NCBI GenBank assembly: GCA_963769025.1
Contig: CAVYKI010000012.1
Coordinates: 224,001 to 288,000, forward strand
Direction of reading: 5' to 3'
Origin: an uncultured Verrucomicrobiae bacterium
GTDB lineage: Bacteria; Verrucomicrobiota; Verrucomicrobiia; Chthoniobacterales; Chthoniobacteraceae
DNA: 64,000 nt
The notes under the pieces were generated by a model. That model saw only the letters and a list, made by a program, of their open reading frames with translations, made no database searches and was not told the origin of the DNA. Both the position numbers and the translations under genes were made by a program. Shown piece by piece: positions 63,236-64,000 of this stretch; the stretch's first letter is position 1; every line of letters starts with the position of its first letter.

Positions 63236-64000
63236 TCACGCCGGCCGGTCGCGCATCGTCCCCGCAAACTCGATCGCATAACCGGCAATCGCAATCATCA
63301 ACCCGATGCCCGCGTGCCGGACGCCCTGCATGAGCAGATAGAACAACGCAAAGGCTCCCGCGCCCAGCGCGCAAAACGCCAGTGTGCGTTGCGTCTGTCG
63401 CGCCAACGTGGAAGCAACGGATGGGAGCGCCGCCGCCCCCACGGCCAGCACGAGCGCGATCCAGCCCAGGCCGTTCGGCATTTCACCGCCATTTCTGTGG
63501 ATGGAGGGCGTCCTGAAATCAAAACCCTGACCGCCGCCCGGCAGCGACCCGCGCATGTCCGGGAACATGTTGCCGAATTGTTCCGCGGCCTGATTCACCC
63601 CGCGTTTCACCTCATCCGCAGCATTGAAGGAAAACCACGGCAGAAAAAAGCCGAGGACCACCAGTGCTGAACCGGCACAGACGAGCTTCCGCGCCGGACT
63701 CATCGCCGCACCCTGCGCATTCGCTTGCTGCGTCACGCCCAGCGAGGCCAGCAGCGTCGCGCTGTCCGCCGCGGTGATTTTCCCCTCCTCCACCATTTTC
63801 AAAATCCGCTCGCGTTCGGGCGACACATCCGCCTGCTTCGGCGCCTCCGCCGCGGCTACCGGAGCGGCCGGTGAGAAATTCAGCAGCGGATACGCAAGGA
63901 GTGAACCCACCGTCACCAGGAGGATGACGGGAAAAGACCAGCCGTAGCCGAGCCACGCGAAAAGCGGAATCAACGCGGCAACGATGAGATTGCCACCCCG
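63236..64000 (-). CDS. Membrane protein with SHOCT-like motif (5' end outside window)
   Basis: ERERILKMVEEGKITA...LL; multiple TM segments. Confidence 0.7.
   Translation of the reverse strand, partial: RGGNLIVAALIPLFAWLGYGWSFPVILLVTVGSLLAYPLLNFSPAAPVAAAEAPKQADVSPERERILKMVEEGKITAADSATLLASLGVTQQANAQGAAMSPARKLVCAGSALVVLGFFLPWFSFNAADEVKRGVNQAAEQFGNMFPDMRGSLPGGGQGFDFRTPSIHRNGGEMPNGLGWIALVLAVGAAALPSVASTLARQTQRTLAFCALGAGAFALFYLLMQGVRHAGIGLMIAIAGYAIEFAGTMRDRPA

Overview
GC-rich bacterial chromosome segment. Gene content (PVC-type heme CxxCH proteins, DUF1552, HEAT repeats, PAS-AraC regulators) suggests Verrucomicrobiota, probably Chthoniobacter-like; this is inference, not a database result. About 58 genes are supported, mostly housekeeping or metabolic: xylA, katG, tatC, argH/J/B, msrB, nuoA, ruvA, bioA, nagB, def and rodA. 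Several genes carry frameshifts, densest at 1-8 kb, which look like read or consensus errors. The most notable feature is a complete five-gene D-alanylation operon (dltD-dltC-dltX-dltA-dltB, 50.0-54.9 kb) in an apparent diderm. It has a rearranged gene order, an intact DltX shuttle motif and a DltB with an extra C-terminal domain. It converges on a ynb-like phospholipid operon followed by a ROK / PIG-L deacetylase / NagB amino-sugar module with no nagA. Also present are a duplicated 30-bp candidate AraC operator, a perfect 12-bp coding VNTR, and several REP-like or short-period inverted repeats, some supplying stop codons or sitting inside coding sequence. No rRNA, tRNA, CRISPR array or transposase was recognised.
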